In this document: positions 27,386 through 39,602 of the stretch, piece by piece
Layout of the letters: the number at the start of each line of letters is the position of its first letter
Numbering within the stretch: position 1 is the stretch's first letter
Assembly: GCA_950097015.1 (NCBI GenBank)
Contig: CATNEN010000040.1
Location: 248,001 to 312,000, forward strand
Direction of reading: 5' to 3'
Origin: Macrostomum hystrix
Taxonomy: Eukaryota; Animalia; Platyhelminthes
DNA: 64,000 nt
The notes under the pieces: model-generated
What the model was told of the DNA's origin: nothing
The model's database searches: none
The model's input: only the letters and a program-made list of their open reading frames with translations
Translations under genes and position numbers: made by a program

Positions 27386-27744
27386 AGGATCTTCCTTTGT
27401 CACGATTCTAGGTCACAAACATCCTGATCTGGAACTTCGTATAAATATAAAATTCACCCAACTGTTATACAGTCGCAATTTTGCAGTCAGAGTGGAATCA
27501 ATTGAGCCGATTGACATGCTAATTGTCCGGCTGCACTGAAAGCACAGTTTGGTGGCCAATCGATCGATTTGATCAAATCGCTGAATAACACGCCAACAAA
27601 ACCGTGGAAAATGAAAACACGCGACAACAGAGGCTAGCAAGAATGGAACAGAAACCGATTCTGTGCGACAAAATGAGGGCTATAACAACATAGTAGCATG
27701 CAACGACCAGTTAAACTGAATGCGACTAACGCGTATCAGACCCA

Positions 27745-28760
27745 CAGGAATGGAGAGAGATGGGAAGAGGAATGGAGAGAGATGGGAAGAGGAATGGAGA
27801 GAGATGGGAAGAGGAATGGAGAGAGATGGGAAGAGGAATAGAGAGAGATGGGAAGAGGAATAGAGAGAGATGGGAAGAGGAATGGAGAGAGATGGGAAGA
27901 GGAATGGAGAGAGATGGGAAGAGGAATGGAGAGAGATGGGAAGAGGAATGGAGAGAGATGGGACGAGGAATGGAGAGAGATGGGAAGAGGAGTGGAGAGA
28001 GATGGGAAGAGTAGTGGAGAGAGATTTGAAAAGAGGAATGGAGACAGATGGGAAGAGGAGTGGAGAGAGATGGGAAGAGGAGTGGAGAGAGATTTGAAAA
28101 GAGGAATGGAGAGAGATGGGAAGAGGAGTGGAGAGAGATTTGAAAAGAGGAATGGAGACAGATGGGAAGAGGAGTGGAGAGAGATTTGAAAAGAGGAATG
28201 GAGAGAGATGGGAAGAGGAGTGGAGAGAGATTTGAAAAGAGGAATGGAGAGAGATGGGAAGAGGAGTGGAGAGAGATTTGAAAAGAGGAATGGAGAGAGA
28301 TGGGAAGAGGAGTGGAGAGAGATGGGAAGAGGAGTGGAGAGAGATTTGAAAAGAGGAATGGAGAGAGATGGGAAGAGGAGTGGAGAGAGATTTGAAAAGA
28401 GGAATGGAGAGAGATGGGAAGAGGAATAGAGAGAGATGGGAAGAGGAATGGAGAGAGATGGGAAGAGGAATGGAGAGAGATGGGAAGAGGAATGGAGAGA
28501 GATGGGAAGAGGAATGGAGAGAGATGGGAAGAGGAGTGGAGAGAGATTTGAAAAGAGGAATGGAGAGAGATGGGAAGAGGAATGGAGAGAGATGGGAAGA
28601 GGAATGGAGAGAGATGGGAAGAGGAATGGAGAGAGATGGGAAGAGGAATGGAGAGAGATGGGAAGAGGAATGGAGAGAGATGGGAAGAGGAATGGAGAGA
28701 GATGGGAAGAGGAGTGGAGAGAGATTTGAAAAGAGGAATGGAGAGAGATGGGAAGAGGTA
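27745..28760. repeat. 22-bp GA-rich minisatellite (gggaagaggaatggagagagat)n
   Basis: Unit read directly. Confidence 0.95.
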
Positions 28761-29289
28761 ACTATGCAATTAAAAGAAAGTAATTGTAAATGCCATCCGT
28801 CACATGCGAAAAAAAATGGTTGAATAAAAAAATTAATGACTAACAAACTGATTGCTTTGAAAAAATGTTTATTTATGTTCGCACAGAAGAAAAAACAAGG
28901 AACACAACATCAGCGAATAAAACTGTCAGCTTTGAAATATGCAGATACTATAGACATGTGTAACTATGTCTAATATTATTGTCACTTCGGAAATCAGTTA
29001 AAACTCTCAATATACTACTAAACGTTACAAATTTGGCAACGGCAAAACCAAAGAATAGTAAAACGAATCAAAGAAAAGTACTTTTCTTGGAAGCCAACAT
29101 TGCAACAGCAGCGGACGCGCAGTTAAACAAGGCGACCAATTGTTCCTTAAGACAAAAGCAGACTGAAATAATGAAAGCAACAAAATAAAACAATGAGACG
29201 GATTTTCAATTTTACTATCAGCTAATTCTAGAATATTCCCATCCGAAACTAGAATTACATTAAAAGCTATAAAATCCCATTCGAAACTA

Positions 29290-29950
29290 TGATTCCAATC
29301 GATACTAGAATTCCAATCGATACTAGAATCCCAATCGATACTAGGATTCCAATCGATACTAGAATCCCAATCGATACTAGAATCGCAATCGATACTAGAA
29401 TCCCAATCGATACTAGAATCCCAATCGATAATAGAATCCCAATCGATACTAAAATCCTAATCGATACTAGAATTCCAATCGATACTAAAATCCTAATCGA
29501 TACTAGAATTCCAATCGATGCTAAAATCCTAATCGATACTAGAATTCCAATCGATACTAGAATCCTAATCGATACTAGAATCCCAATCGATACTAGAATT
29601 CCAATCGATACTAGAATCGCAATCGATACTAGAATCGCAATCGATACTAGAATCCCAATCGAAACTAGAATCCCAATCGAAACTAGAATCGCAATCGATA
29701 CTAGAATCCCAATCGAAACTAGAATCCCAATCAAAACTAGAATCCCAATCAAAACTAGAATCCAAATCGAAACTAGAACCCCAATAAAAACTAGAATCCC
29801 AATAAAAACTAGAATCCCAAATAAAACTAGAATCCCAATCGAAACTATAACCCCAATCGAAACTGGAATCCCAATAAAAACTAGAATCCTAATCAAAACT
29901 AGAATCCCAATCGACAATAATCTTAATCAAAGCTTTAATCCCAATCGAAA
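29290..29950. repeat. 18-bp minisatellite (atcgatactagaatccca)n
   Basis: Unit read directly; begins just 3' of the TIR-SLOG gene stop. Confidence 0.95.
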
Positions 29951-29991
29951 CTAGTAGAGTTCCTAATCCCAGATCGCATTAGCAGAGGAGG

Positions 29992-32900
29992 TCAGGTGGA
30001 GCCCCTCAGGCGGCACAGGTAGCCGGTCCTCTGCTGGTCTGCCGCGCGCTTCTCGTAGGAGCGCAGGCTGTGAATGATTCGAATGACATTGGCCACCAGG
30101 TGCTCGGCCGTGTAGTTGGTGCAGTCAAGCGGCACTCCAAGCTTGCTCCAGAGGCGCTGGCTAACACCGGGTGGCACCTGGGATTGGATTGGCGGCGATC
30201 GAAACATGGCCATTTAAGAAAACGCTCCATAGACTACTTACGTAAGTAGTTTTAGAATGTACGACATTTCAGCCTAGGAATAATAATATTATTATTATAA
30301 CTGCAGGAGGGCTGCGGGCAATGGCACATCATTTGCTGACACTAGACCTGCAGCCAGCGAGGAGGCAATTCTGCCCATTCCGCTGTCTCCTCAGCACCCA
30401 CACACACAGACACTGTAAGCAGGTACACACTCACACAGTGTGTACATCTGCCCTGACTTTCTCATCGTCTGGCAGTGTACACGACAAGCCCCCAAGCCTT
30501 CTCTCCGCTGCTGCGCCACAAATGAATGTGGCCTCGCCGCGGAATCGAGCTCAGGCACCTTGGTGTGAGAGGCAAACGCGTCAATGGCTCTGAAACTCAC
30601 CCCATCTAGCCGAGGAAATTGCCCAAAGTTTTGAATCAGGTATCGTAGAATTATAGCGCGAAAATTTAACATTTTTTTTACAGAAAATGTGCTTGAAAAA
30701 TGAATTTCAAGCCAGTTAAGAGAATTCGTGTCCGATGTCTGCGGACTGTGGAGGTCGTTATGCCAGTTAATACCTCGAATCGCCTCTCGCCCTCGCTATA
30801 GTAGCTGGCAGCAGCGCCCCCGAGGCACTTCAGCGGCAGCACAACCTTGTCGTGCCACATGAACTGGTCGGCCTCCTCGGCTGACTTGGCTCCGCCCTCA
30901 ATCAGCAGGCAGAGGCTGCAGGCCCTAGCAGCGATTTGCACCTTCTCAACAGGCGTATCGCCGCACACCAGCGTCTTGCCGAATGCCGGTGGCCCAATCG
31001 AAGAATTTGACGTTGTCGCGGAAGTCGACGACGATGTTGAGTCGTCGGCCGACATAGCGACTCCGGAGGGGGACGATTTAACCGCACCTGGCGCGCTGTC
31101 GTGCAACAGGTGCCAGGTGTCCTCGGGCAGGCCCAGCCGGCGCCGCGTCTCGCTGAACTGCCTGGAGACAATCTGGTCGGCGCCAGGACCGCCGCCGGTG
31201 ACTAGGCCGATCCAGTCAAGCTGCGCCAGGGCCTCGCCTAGCACCTTGCAGACGGCATCGGTGCAGCGATTGCCCAGCCGCTTGCTGCGGCACACATAGA
31301 TTAGCCATTTGTTAACTGGCAGCTGGGACTTGACTAGCTGGGCCAGCTTGTCGATGCGAAAGTCCAACGCTTTGCTCTTGTGCATGTACGCCATGGTGTT
31401 GGGATCGAAGATGGTCTCCAGGTGTCTGGCCACCTTCTCTGGCCAGCCGGACTGCTCAGAGCTCTGTGGCGCGGGGATGATGTGTGGGGGATAATTTGAT
31501 TGTAATAATTGTAATAATTTCATCCTCACGGTGGTGTACATCCGCCTTGAATTTCTTATGGTCAGGCAGTGTAGCCTCACCATGGGGATTTCTAAGCCAT
31601 GGGATCAAGAGGATTTCTTAAGCTATGTGATCAAGAGGATTTCATAAGCCATGGGATCAAAGGGATTTCTTAAGCCATAGGATCAAAGGGATTTCTTAAG
31701 CTATAGGATCAAGAGGATTTCTCAAGCCCCGGGATCAAAAGGATTTCTTGAACTTGGGGTCAAGAGGATTTCTTAAGCCTGAGGATCAAAAGGATTTCTT
31801 AAGCCTGAGGATCTAGAGGATTTCTTAATTCTTAGGGTTGATTGTTCCAAAACAAAAGACGATAAATCGTATTTTACTTTTAACAGAATACACAAGAACC
31901 TGAACTCACGATAGCATTGTTGCCCTCCAGCAGCATCTTGAGCCACATGGGCAGCTGGACATTGCCGCACAGCACAGGAATGATGTGCTTGCGCTGCTCG
32001 CAGTAGAATATCTGCCAGTTGGTGGGTTCGGTTCGGCAAGGTAAGATGCTTATGCGAGCTGCAAGAACTAAACTGATTGATCATTAGCATGATCAAGGGG
32101 AGGGGCTGCAGATCACTGAAGAGTCGGAGGGGAGTGGCTGCAGATCACTGAAGAGTCGGAGGGGAGTGGCTGCAGATCACTGAAGAGTCGGTGGGGAGTG
32201 GCTGCAGATCACTGAAGAGTCGGAGGGGAGTGGCTGCAGATCACTGAAGAGTCGGAGGGGAGTGGCTGCAGATCACTGAAGAGTCGGAGGGGAGTGGCTG
32301 CAGATCACTGAAGAGTCAGGGGTGAGAGGCTGCAGCCCACTGAAGATTGTCTTGCTGCATCAATCGATGCGCAGGGAAGGCCACCTGCTGTACGCACGTG
32401 ATTCCGTGAGCTCTTTGACGTAAGGAAGCTGTCGGACACGATGAAGACGGCGGCACCAGCTGAGTCGGCCTTGGCCTGAAAGTCCAGCAGGCCTTCGCGT
32501 GACTCATCGCAGCCCTGCTCGGTGGAAGAGTAGGAGCAGGCGTCCAGCTCGTCGCCAAGGATCAGCGTTTCCCGGGAGCCGAGGCCTGGACGGCGAAAGC
32601 AAATAGAATCATGAGCTCTGAAGCTCAGCAAAACTTACTAAAAGACGTTCCCTAAAGCAATTATTTAGTAATCGAACAAACTCACGCCGCAGGCCCACAA
32701 TGCTGCCCTGACTGTTGGCTTGGTCTCCGGTCGCGGCGGCATCCGAAGCTGCTATCTCCTGTGACATGCCGCCGCCGCAGCCAACCTCCGCGGAGCCTCG
32801 GATCGAGCCGCTGATGACAACCATCGAGACTTTGAAGCCGCGACTTGAGAGAGCAGTCCGCAGCAGGTCGGCCTTTGTCCAGTCGTCCGCGTGGTGACTG

Positions 32901-35900
32901 ACAACAACCTGGCGATTGCTCATCAGCGCCTTGTACACAGCCTCATCTTCGTCTAAAGACGCCTGTACTGTGAGCAGAGTCTGCTGCTGATGCAGCTGTT
33001 GTAAGGACCGCCTTCTGTGCTGTTGCGGTAGCTGCTGAGGCGGCTGTAGCAGAATTTGCTGCTGCTGGTCATGCAGCATTGGCGTCTGCTCCGGATAATT
33101 TATCAGATCCATCTCTCTGCAAATTGGAATTCATTTGAGTGCATTCTACTCAACGCCGAAGATTCGAACTCGAAACCTTAACCGAATTGATCTAACAGAA
33201 AATTAAACAAAGTAAGAAATTAATTAGCTCACTTGGATTGGCGGAATTTGATCGACTTGCGCGACATAATCGACAGGAAGGTCGGCTTTCGCTTGAAGCT
33301 CTGAGAAGAGGTGGGGATGAGAATGAGGCTTTTATAATACTATCTATGTAGTAGTCTGGCTATCTGGTGTCGTTTTTCTAGATGATGTGCCACTCTATAA
33401 TAATAACGATAACAATAACATTGTGGGTAATAGCTGCAGGTAATGGCGCATCATTTGCTGACACTAAACCTGCAGCCAGCGAGGAGCCAATTCTGCCCAC
33501 TCCTGAGCACAAACGCACACGGATACCGTAAGCAGGCGCTCACTCACACTAGGCGTGTTTAGTTGCCCTGACTTTCTCATCGTCAGGCAGTGTACACTTT
33601 CACTGTGCCTTGGAGGTAGGCCCTAAAGGGCGTAAATTGCACGACAAGCCCACAAGCCTTCTCTCCGCGGCTGCGCCGCAAATGAATGTGGCCTCGCCGA
33701 AGAATCGAACTCAGGGACCTTGGTGCGAGAAGAAAACGCGTTTACCGCACTGCCACTCGCCCCCCAATGTGTCACTCTACTAGATAATGTGCCACTCAAT
33801 TTCTAGATAATGTGCTACTCAATCACTAGATACTCAAACCATAGCTACTCAAGCCCGCACAGCGCAGAACTCACCGGCGGTCCAACAGGCGCCTCGTCTG
33901 GCAGCGAATCCAGCGGCTTCCGCTTGCTGGCATCGAACTGTCGCCTGATCTCTTCGGCCACCCGACCAGCTTCCTCGTTGATGTTGGACGACTCGATGTC
34001 GTCTAGTGAGTTGATTTAAGGGTGGTACAGTTTTGATGTTTAGCTGACTGTGGCCTAGTTACTCAATATAGACTCATTTAGAAATACCTACTGACGGAAT
34101 AGAACTGACCGAACTAGACCTACTGACAGGGAATAGAACTGACCGAACTGGACCTACTGACAGGGAATAGAGCTGACCGAACTAGACCTACTGACAGAGA
34201 ATAGAACTGACCGAACTGGACCTACTGACTGGGAATAGAACTGACCAAACTAGACCTACTGACAGAGAATAGAACTGACCGAACTAGACCTACTGACAGG
34301 GAATAGAGCTGACCGAACTAGACCTACTGACAGGGAATAGAACTGACCGAACTGGACCTACTGACAGGGAATAGAACTGACCGAACTAGACCTACTGACA
34401 GGGAATAGAGCTGACCGAACTAGACCTACTGACAAGGAATAGAACTGACCGAACTGGACCTACTGACAGGGAATAGAACTGACCGAACTGGACCTACTGA
34501 CAGGGAATAGAGCTGACCGAACTGGACCTACTGACAGGGAATAGAACTGACCGAACTGGACCTACTGACAGGGAATAGAACTGACCGAACTGGACCTACT
34601 GACAGGGAATAGAACTGACCGAACTGGACTTACTGACATGGAATAGAACTGACCGAACTGGACCTACTGACAGGGAATAGAACTGACCGAACTGGACCTA
34701 CTGACAGGGAATAGAACTGACCGAACTGGACCTACTGACAGGGAATAGAGCTGACCGAACTAGACCTACTGACGGGGAATAGAACTGACTGAACTATTAA
34801 AAGGCTGGTACAAGAACAACAGACAATAATGCAAGTCAAAGAGAAAGTAGCTTTCGATTGTTGCTTTCGATTGCAAGCCATGAGAGAAGCGAATGGGAAA
34901 ATGAACCACAAGCCGCAATTTAAACAAATGCAACACTTAGATCACTAATAGCTTTTGTGTTCTAATTGCATTGCACACTCAAGTGTACTCTGAGCACCTT
35001 GCAAGTTGCGATAAGCTGTTTTCAGGCCAGGCTGGCAAGCGCTTAAATCCTAAGCCATGTATGCACGAGTGCTCGCTAATTATACCAGTTAACTAAAGTA
35101 GGTCAGAGCAAAATGCAGCCTATCTGCTAGTGATAATTGACGTGTTGATCCGAGAGTCAAACAAGATCAAGCGTGAAAATTTGGCATGTGCAGCTGCTAT
35201 ATGCTTATTGTATTAGAGTTGACAGCTAAATACAATGACACATCAGCTACGAGTAGCTGCAGCTAGTCCATTTACTCCGACTCTTCAGTGATCTGCAGCC
35301 ACTCCCCTCCGACTCTTCAGTGATCTGCAGCCACTCCCCTCCGACTCTTCAGTGATCTGCAGCCACTCCCCTCCGACTCTTCAGTGATCTGCAGCCACTC
35401 CCTCCGACTCTTCAGTGATCTGCAGCCACTCCCCACCGACTCTTCAGTGATCTGCAGCCTCTCCCCTCCGACTCTTCAGTGATCTGCAGCCACTCCCCTC
35501 CGACTCTTCAGTGATCTGCAGCCACTCCCCTCCGACTCTTCAGTGATCTGCAGCCACTCCCCTCCGACTCTTCAGTGATCTGCAGCCACTCCCCACCGAC
35601 TCTTCAGTGATCTGCAGCCTCTCCCCTCCGACTCTTCAGTGATCTGCAGCCACTCCCCTCCGACTCTTCAGTGATCTGCAGCCACTCCCCTCCGACTCTT
35701 CAGTGATCTGCAGCCACTCCCCTCCGACTCTTCAGTGATCTGCAGCCACTCCCCTCCGACTCTTCAGTGATCTGCAGCCACTCCCCACCGACTCTTCAGT
35801 GATCTGCAGCCTCTCCCCTCCGACTCTTCAGTGATCTGCAGCCACTCCCCACCGACTCTTCAGTGATCTGCAGCCACTCCCCTATGACTCTTCAGTGATC

Positions 35901-38103
35901 TGCAGCCACTCCCCTCCGACTCTTCAGTGATCTGCAGCCTCTCCCCTCCGACTCTTCAGTGATCTGCAGTCACTCCCCACCGACTCTTTAGTGATCTGCA
36001 GCCTCTCCCCTCCGACTCTTCAGTGATCTGCAGCCACTCCCCACCGACTCTTCAGTGATCTGCAGCCACTCCCCTCCGACTCTTCAGTGATCTGCAGACA
36101 CTCCCCTCCGACTCTTCAGTGATCTGCAGGCACTCCCCTCCGACTATTCAGTGATCTGCAGCCACTCCCCTCCGACTCTTCAGTGATCTGCAGTCACTCC
36201 CCTCCGACTCTTCAGTGATCTGCAGTCACTCCCCTCCGACTATTCAGTGATCTGCAGCCACTCCCCTCCGACTCTTCAGTGATCTGCAGTCACTCCCCTC
36301 CGACTCTTCAGTGATCTGCAGGCACTCCCCTCCGACTATTCAGTGATTTGCAGCCACTCCCCTCCGACTCTTCAGTGATCTGCAGCCACTCCCCTCCGAC
36401 TCTTCAGTGATCTGCAGCCACTACCCACCGACTCTTCAGTGAGCTTCAGCCACTCCCCACCGACTCTTCAGTGATCTGCAGACACTCCCCACCGACTCTT
36501 CAGTGAGCTTCAGCCACTCCCCACCGACTCTTCAGTGGGCGTCATCACTTACAGGCCCCAGTCCAGGGGACGAACTGAGTAGTGGCGAACTGAATAGCCA
36601 AACACCTGGGCGGCCAATCCGAAATGAAGCTGATTGGCAGAATCTCCTTGCCCAGCACGTCCGCCAGCTTCACTTCCCTATTGGTCCACTGGGTAGCGCC
36701 GTAGCGCGGCGTGACCAGCGGTATGAAGATTTCAGTGGACGCAACTGCGTCGTTCAGGGCATCCTGCCAGTCGGAGCCGAGGGCGATTTCGTCGACGTCC
36801 TGGAAGATGCGCAAATTTCGGCAATGTTTCTTAGCACACACTACGAGTATTTAGCATATTTTAAAAGCCAGGCGTGTTCCTAACACTGCCCTCTCCATCC
36901 TATTCTCTTTTTCTACCCCACTCTCTCTCCATCCCACTCACCAAAAACACTGAGCAGCCAAGAGATGTGAGCTTCTCCTTGAGCACAACCGCCACGTGAG
37001 CAGCCTCAGCCCTGACGTAGCTAATGAGCATGTCCTTGGCGGCTGAACGGCCAGTGTGGCGGCCCTGCAGTAGGTCAACATCTCCTAGAAGCTGATCATG
37101 GTGACGCTTACTACCAGTTGCTGATAGCTGCTGGCCTCCCAGAGCTGCTGAACTGTGCGGCGGCACTGTTATTGGCTGCGTTGAGCAGAGCAGCGGCGAC
37201 GGAGGCGGCTGCGGGGGCCGATGTCTCAACGACGGGATCAGGGCTGAAGACAAGGATGGAGAAGCTGTTGCTGCTGCCGCCGCCGCTGCTGGCGCTGCCA
37301 CCGCAGCCGGGGTTATAGGAACGCCAACTGTTGTGGCGGAGGCGACGTCCTCTGCGGAGTTGGCTCCGGCGAGTTGTCGCACGTCAGCCTGCGCAATGAA
37401 AAAATAGGCCACGCATTGCCATCACTTGTACATACTCGTAACTTGACGCCTAAGGTACGAGAATGTGAACTGACCTGTAATCTAGCCAGTGCTGTGACGG
37501 CCACACTCCGCCTGTGATCGAGCACGTCATGAATTCGCAGCCTTGGTTCGTACAGTCCACTTACCGGCCAGCCGCGCCTATTCAGAAATAGGAACTCGCA
37601 GCCAGCCAGAAGGGGCAGGAAGATGCTGGCCCGTTTGCGCAGTTGTTCCAGTGTTTCCCTGGGCGACGCGTCAATAAAGCCGACGGCCAGCTCTTCGCCA
37701 GTGCTGGTCGAAGTCAATACAATGCCTATCTCCAGGCTGTCACATGCTGGAGTAAATTTGTATTTTTTGCAAGTAAAAAATGCTGAATTGAGTCTAAATG
37801 AAAATCCCTACCGATATTGTCGCCGTCTCCGATGATAAATACAGAATTAGTGCTGCGCAGCACGCAGTTAAAGGCCAGACAGTTCTCCAAATCGAGTGGG
37901 ACCAGTTCGCCTGAAAGGGATCGAAACCGGTGCTCGGGAAGAAAGTATTTTGCTTTGGTGAGCAGGAAGCTGCGCAGCTGAGCCAGAGTCTTCACTGAAG
38001 CCGGATGCAGCAATAGTAATTCGCTTTGCAATATGCACGGCCCGTCGCCTGCGAAATACTTTAAGCTGACCGCAGACATAGCGGACATGGCACCGTGTTT
38101 CAT
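29992..38103 (-). CDS. Multidomain TIR-TIR-SLOG protein (~1016 aa, 11 exons) with two N-terminal ubiquitin-like-fold candidates
   Basis: Exons 38103-37812, 37746-37475, 37388-36942, 36799-36553, 34002-33875, 33300-33233, 33116-32686, 32585-32398, 32011-31910, 31463-30774, 30177-29992 join with GT-AG sites into 3051 nt with no frameshift. TIR1: DMLISYVRAE..SVFLDVDEIALGSDWQDALNDAV..FIPLVTPRYGATQWTNREVKLA..KEILPI. TIR2: VVVSHHADD..AVFIVSDSFLTSKSSRNHIFYC..KHIIPV. SLOG: LVTGGGPGADQ..LLIEGGAKSAEEA..VLPL..LGGAA. Confidence 0.85.
30279..30604 (-). mobile_element. SINE family A, copy 2 (internally deleted), in the last intron of the TIR-SLOG gene
   Basis: Reverse complement of copies 1 and 4; lacks the ~40-bp segment between tgtacac and gacaagc. 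Confidence 0.85.
31585..31830. repeat. ~26-bp minisatellite (ggatttcttaagccatgggatcaaga)n
   Basis: Read directly; intronic, next to a short SINE A fragment at ~31525-31580. Confidence 0.85.
32098..32345 (-). repeat. 32-bp minisatellite family Y, short inverted array (ggggagtggctgcagatcactgaagagtcgga)n
   Basis: Exact reverse complement of the unit at 35275-36535. Confidence 0.96.
33397..33765 (-). mobile_element. SINE family A, copy 3, with probable 13-bp TSD (atgtgycactcta)
   Basis: Full-length reverse complement. atgtgccactcta flanks the tail side and atgtgtcactcta the head side. Confidence 0.85.
34085..34790. repeat. 34-bp minisatellite (gaatagaactgaccgaactggacctactgacagg)n
   Basis: Unit read directly; in intron 4 of the TIR-SLOG gene. 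Confidence 0.96.
35275..36535 (+). repeat. 32-bp minisatellite family Y, long array (ctccgactcttcagtgatctgcagccactccc)n
   Basis: Unit read directly; about 39 copies. Confidence 0.97.
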
Positions 38104-39602
38104 GGCTACTTCGCGGTCCTTCGGTTTGTGCCGCTTTTGCGTGCTTGGCCAGTGCTCATTGCCACTTCATAGACTGTCCCCTTAAAATTAGGAGGGGTGG
38201 GGTGGTGGGTGGCCTGAGGAGAGGGAGGCCCAAGACTGCTAAATCAAATGTTCTATTTTAAACATCAACCCTCATACGATCGATAGCGAATGACCAATTA
38301 GTGGAGGTTGGGGTGGCGGTCCGTGTACACTGGGTGAAAAGGGCGGAAAAGTGACCGTAGGGAAAGACAGACTGATTGTGCACGAGAGAAATCTTTTGGC
38401 GCAGGGGACCTGTTTTAAGTTTTAACTTTTAGAAAGCACGAGACACCGGGCTGATGCCCATGGTCTGTATATATAAACGAACGTGAAGTAGATTTATGAT
38501 TGTAAATTTGCTGCTGCTAAGACATTTTTGCGATGTAGACTTCCTAAATCCTAACTTTGTTTCTAGTCTTAATCGTCGTAAAGTTAAACCAAAGAAGCGC
38601 CAATTTTACGTGTAACATGAAAGGGTGTTATAAATACAAATTGTATAAAGAATAAATATTATTCGTTCTTACTTAGCTCGTATTTTGCAATTGGGTTTGT
38701 TTGTACTCGGAAATCGAATCGCATCAAATACTCGTACTAACTTTTTTCAACTTATAAAAACTGCAATTTGACAAACTATCAATAAACAAACCCGTTTAAG
38801 ATGACAATTGACAGACAACACAAACGAAGCGTTGTTCAGTCAAATGCGCTTTGATAAAAGAAAAAAATTCTAAAAGCGTCAGTGATTCCATTTTCTCCTT
38901 TAATACAAAATAAACAACTTTAGGTGAATGTGTCTTCCATTGTTTTTTTCGCTTTAGTCTAGCCTACAGATTGAACTATTCAACTAGTATTGTATAATTA
39001 TATAAAGTGAAGATCGGAGAAAAAAATCGGACGAACACTCGAACAGGCGGTTGTCTGTTTTTTAAACAGCGTAAGCGGCAACGTGATGCCTTAGCCATAG
39101 GCCCATAGCCTTAGCTGTTTATTTTTCTGGCGTCAATTTACATAGATGCGTACTGACAGTAGGTTGGTGCAAAATGGAATAGAAAAATATAATTGTAAAA
39201 ACGATCTATCATCAGTAATCGTAAAAGAAAAGGTAAAAGAGGATTAACAAATCTCAAAACTGAAACATGTCAATCAATCGACTCCTCTACTCCGAATAAA
39301 ATGGATAATATTGCAACGGATGCACAACGAAATTATATTAAAAAATCCACAGTGAAAAATACTATGTGCATTCCCTCGTCCATAAAAAGTATAAATCATA
39401 ATTGTATATAAATGATAAATTGCTCATACATGCCAGTTTAGAATCTAAGAAAATGCAGCCCTATAAATCCTATGCATATGGAATCTTAGAAGCTCATCTA
39501 TTAGCTGCAAGCGTATGTACATTTAAAAGCATGCAAAATACTGCCACTCATTTTCTTTGTTTTAAGCCACAGTTTTCTTGCAATACTACGTATTAGTAGT
39601 AA

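Noticed and set aside
20450-29954. Many GA/CT-rich ORFs (MGREWEE, SPIF, SLSIPL, RIPIDT)
   Set aside because: All coincide with tandem arrays.
39158-39180. taggttggtgcaaaa resembling a mariner TIR
   Set aside because: Only ~15 bp, and no partner TIR was found.
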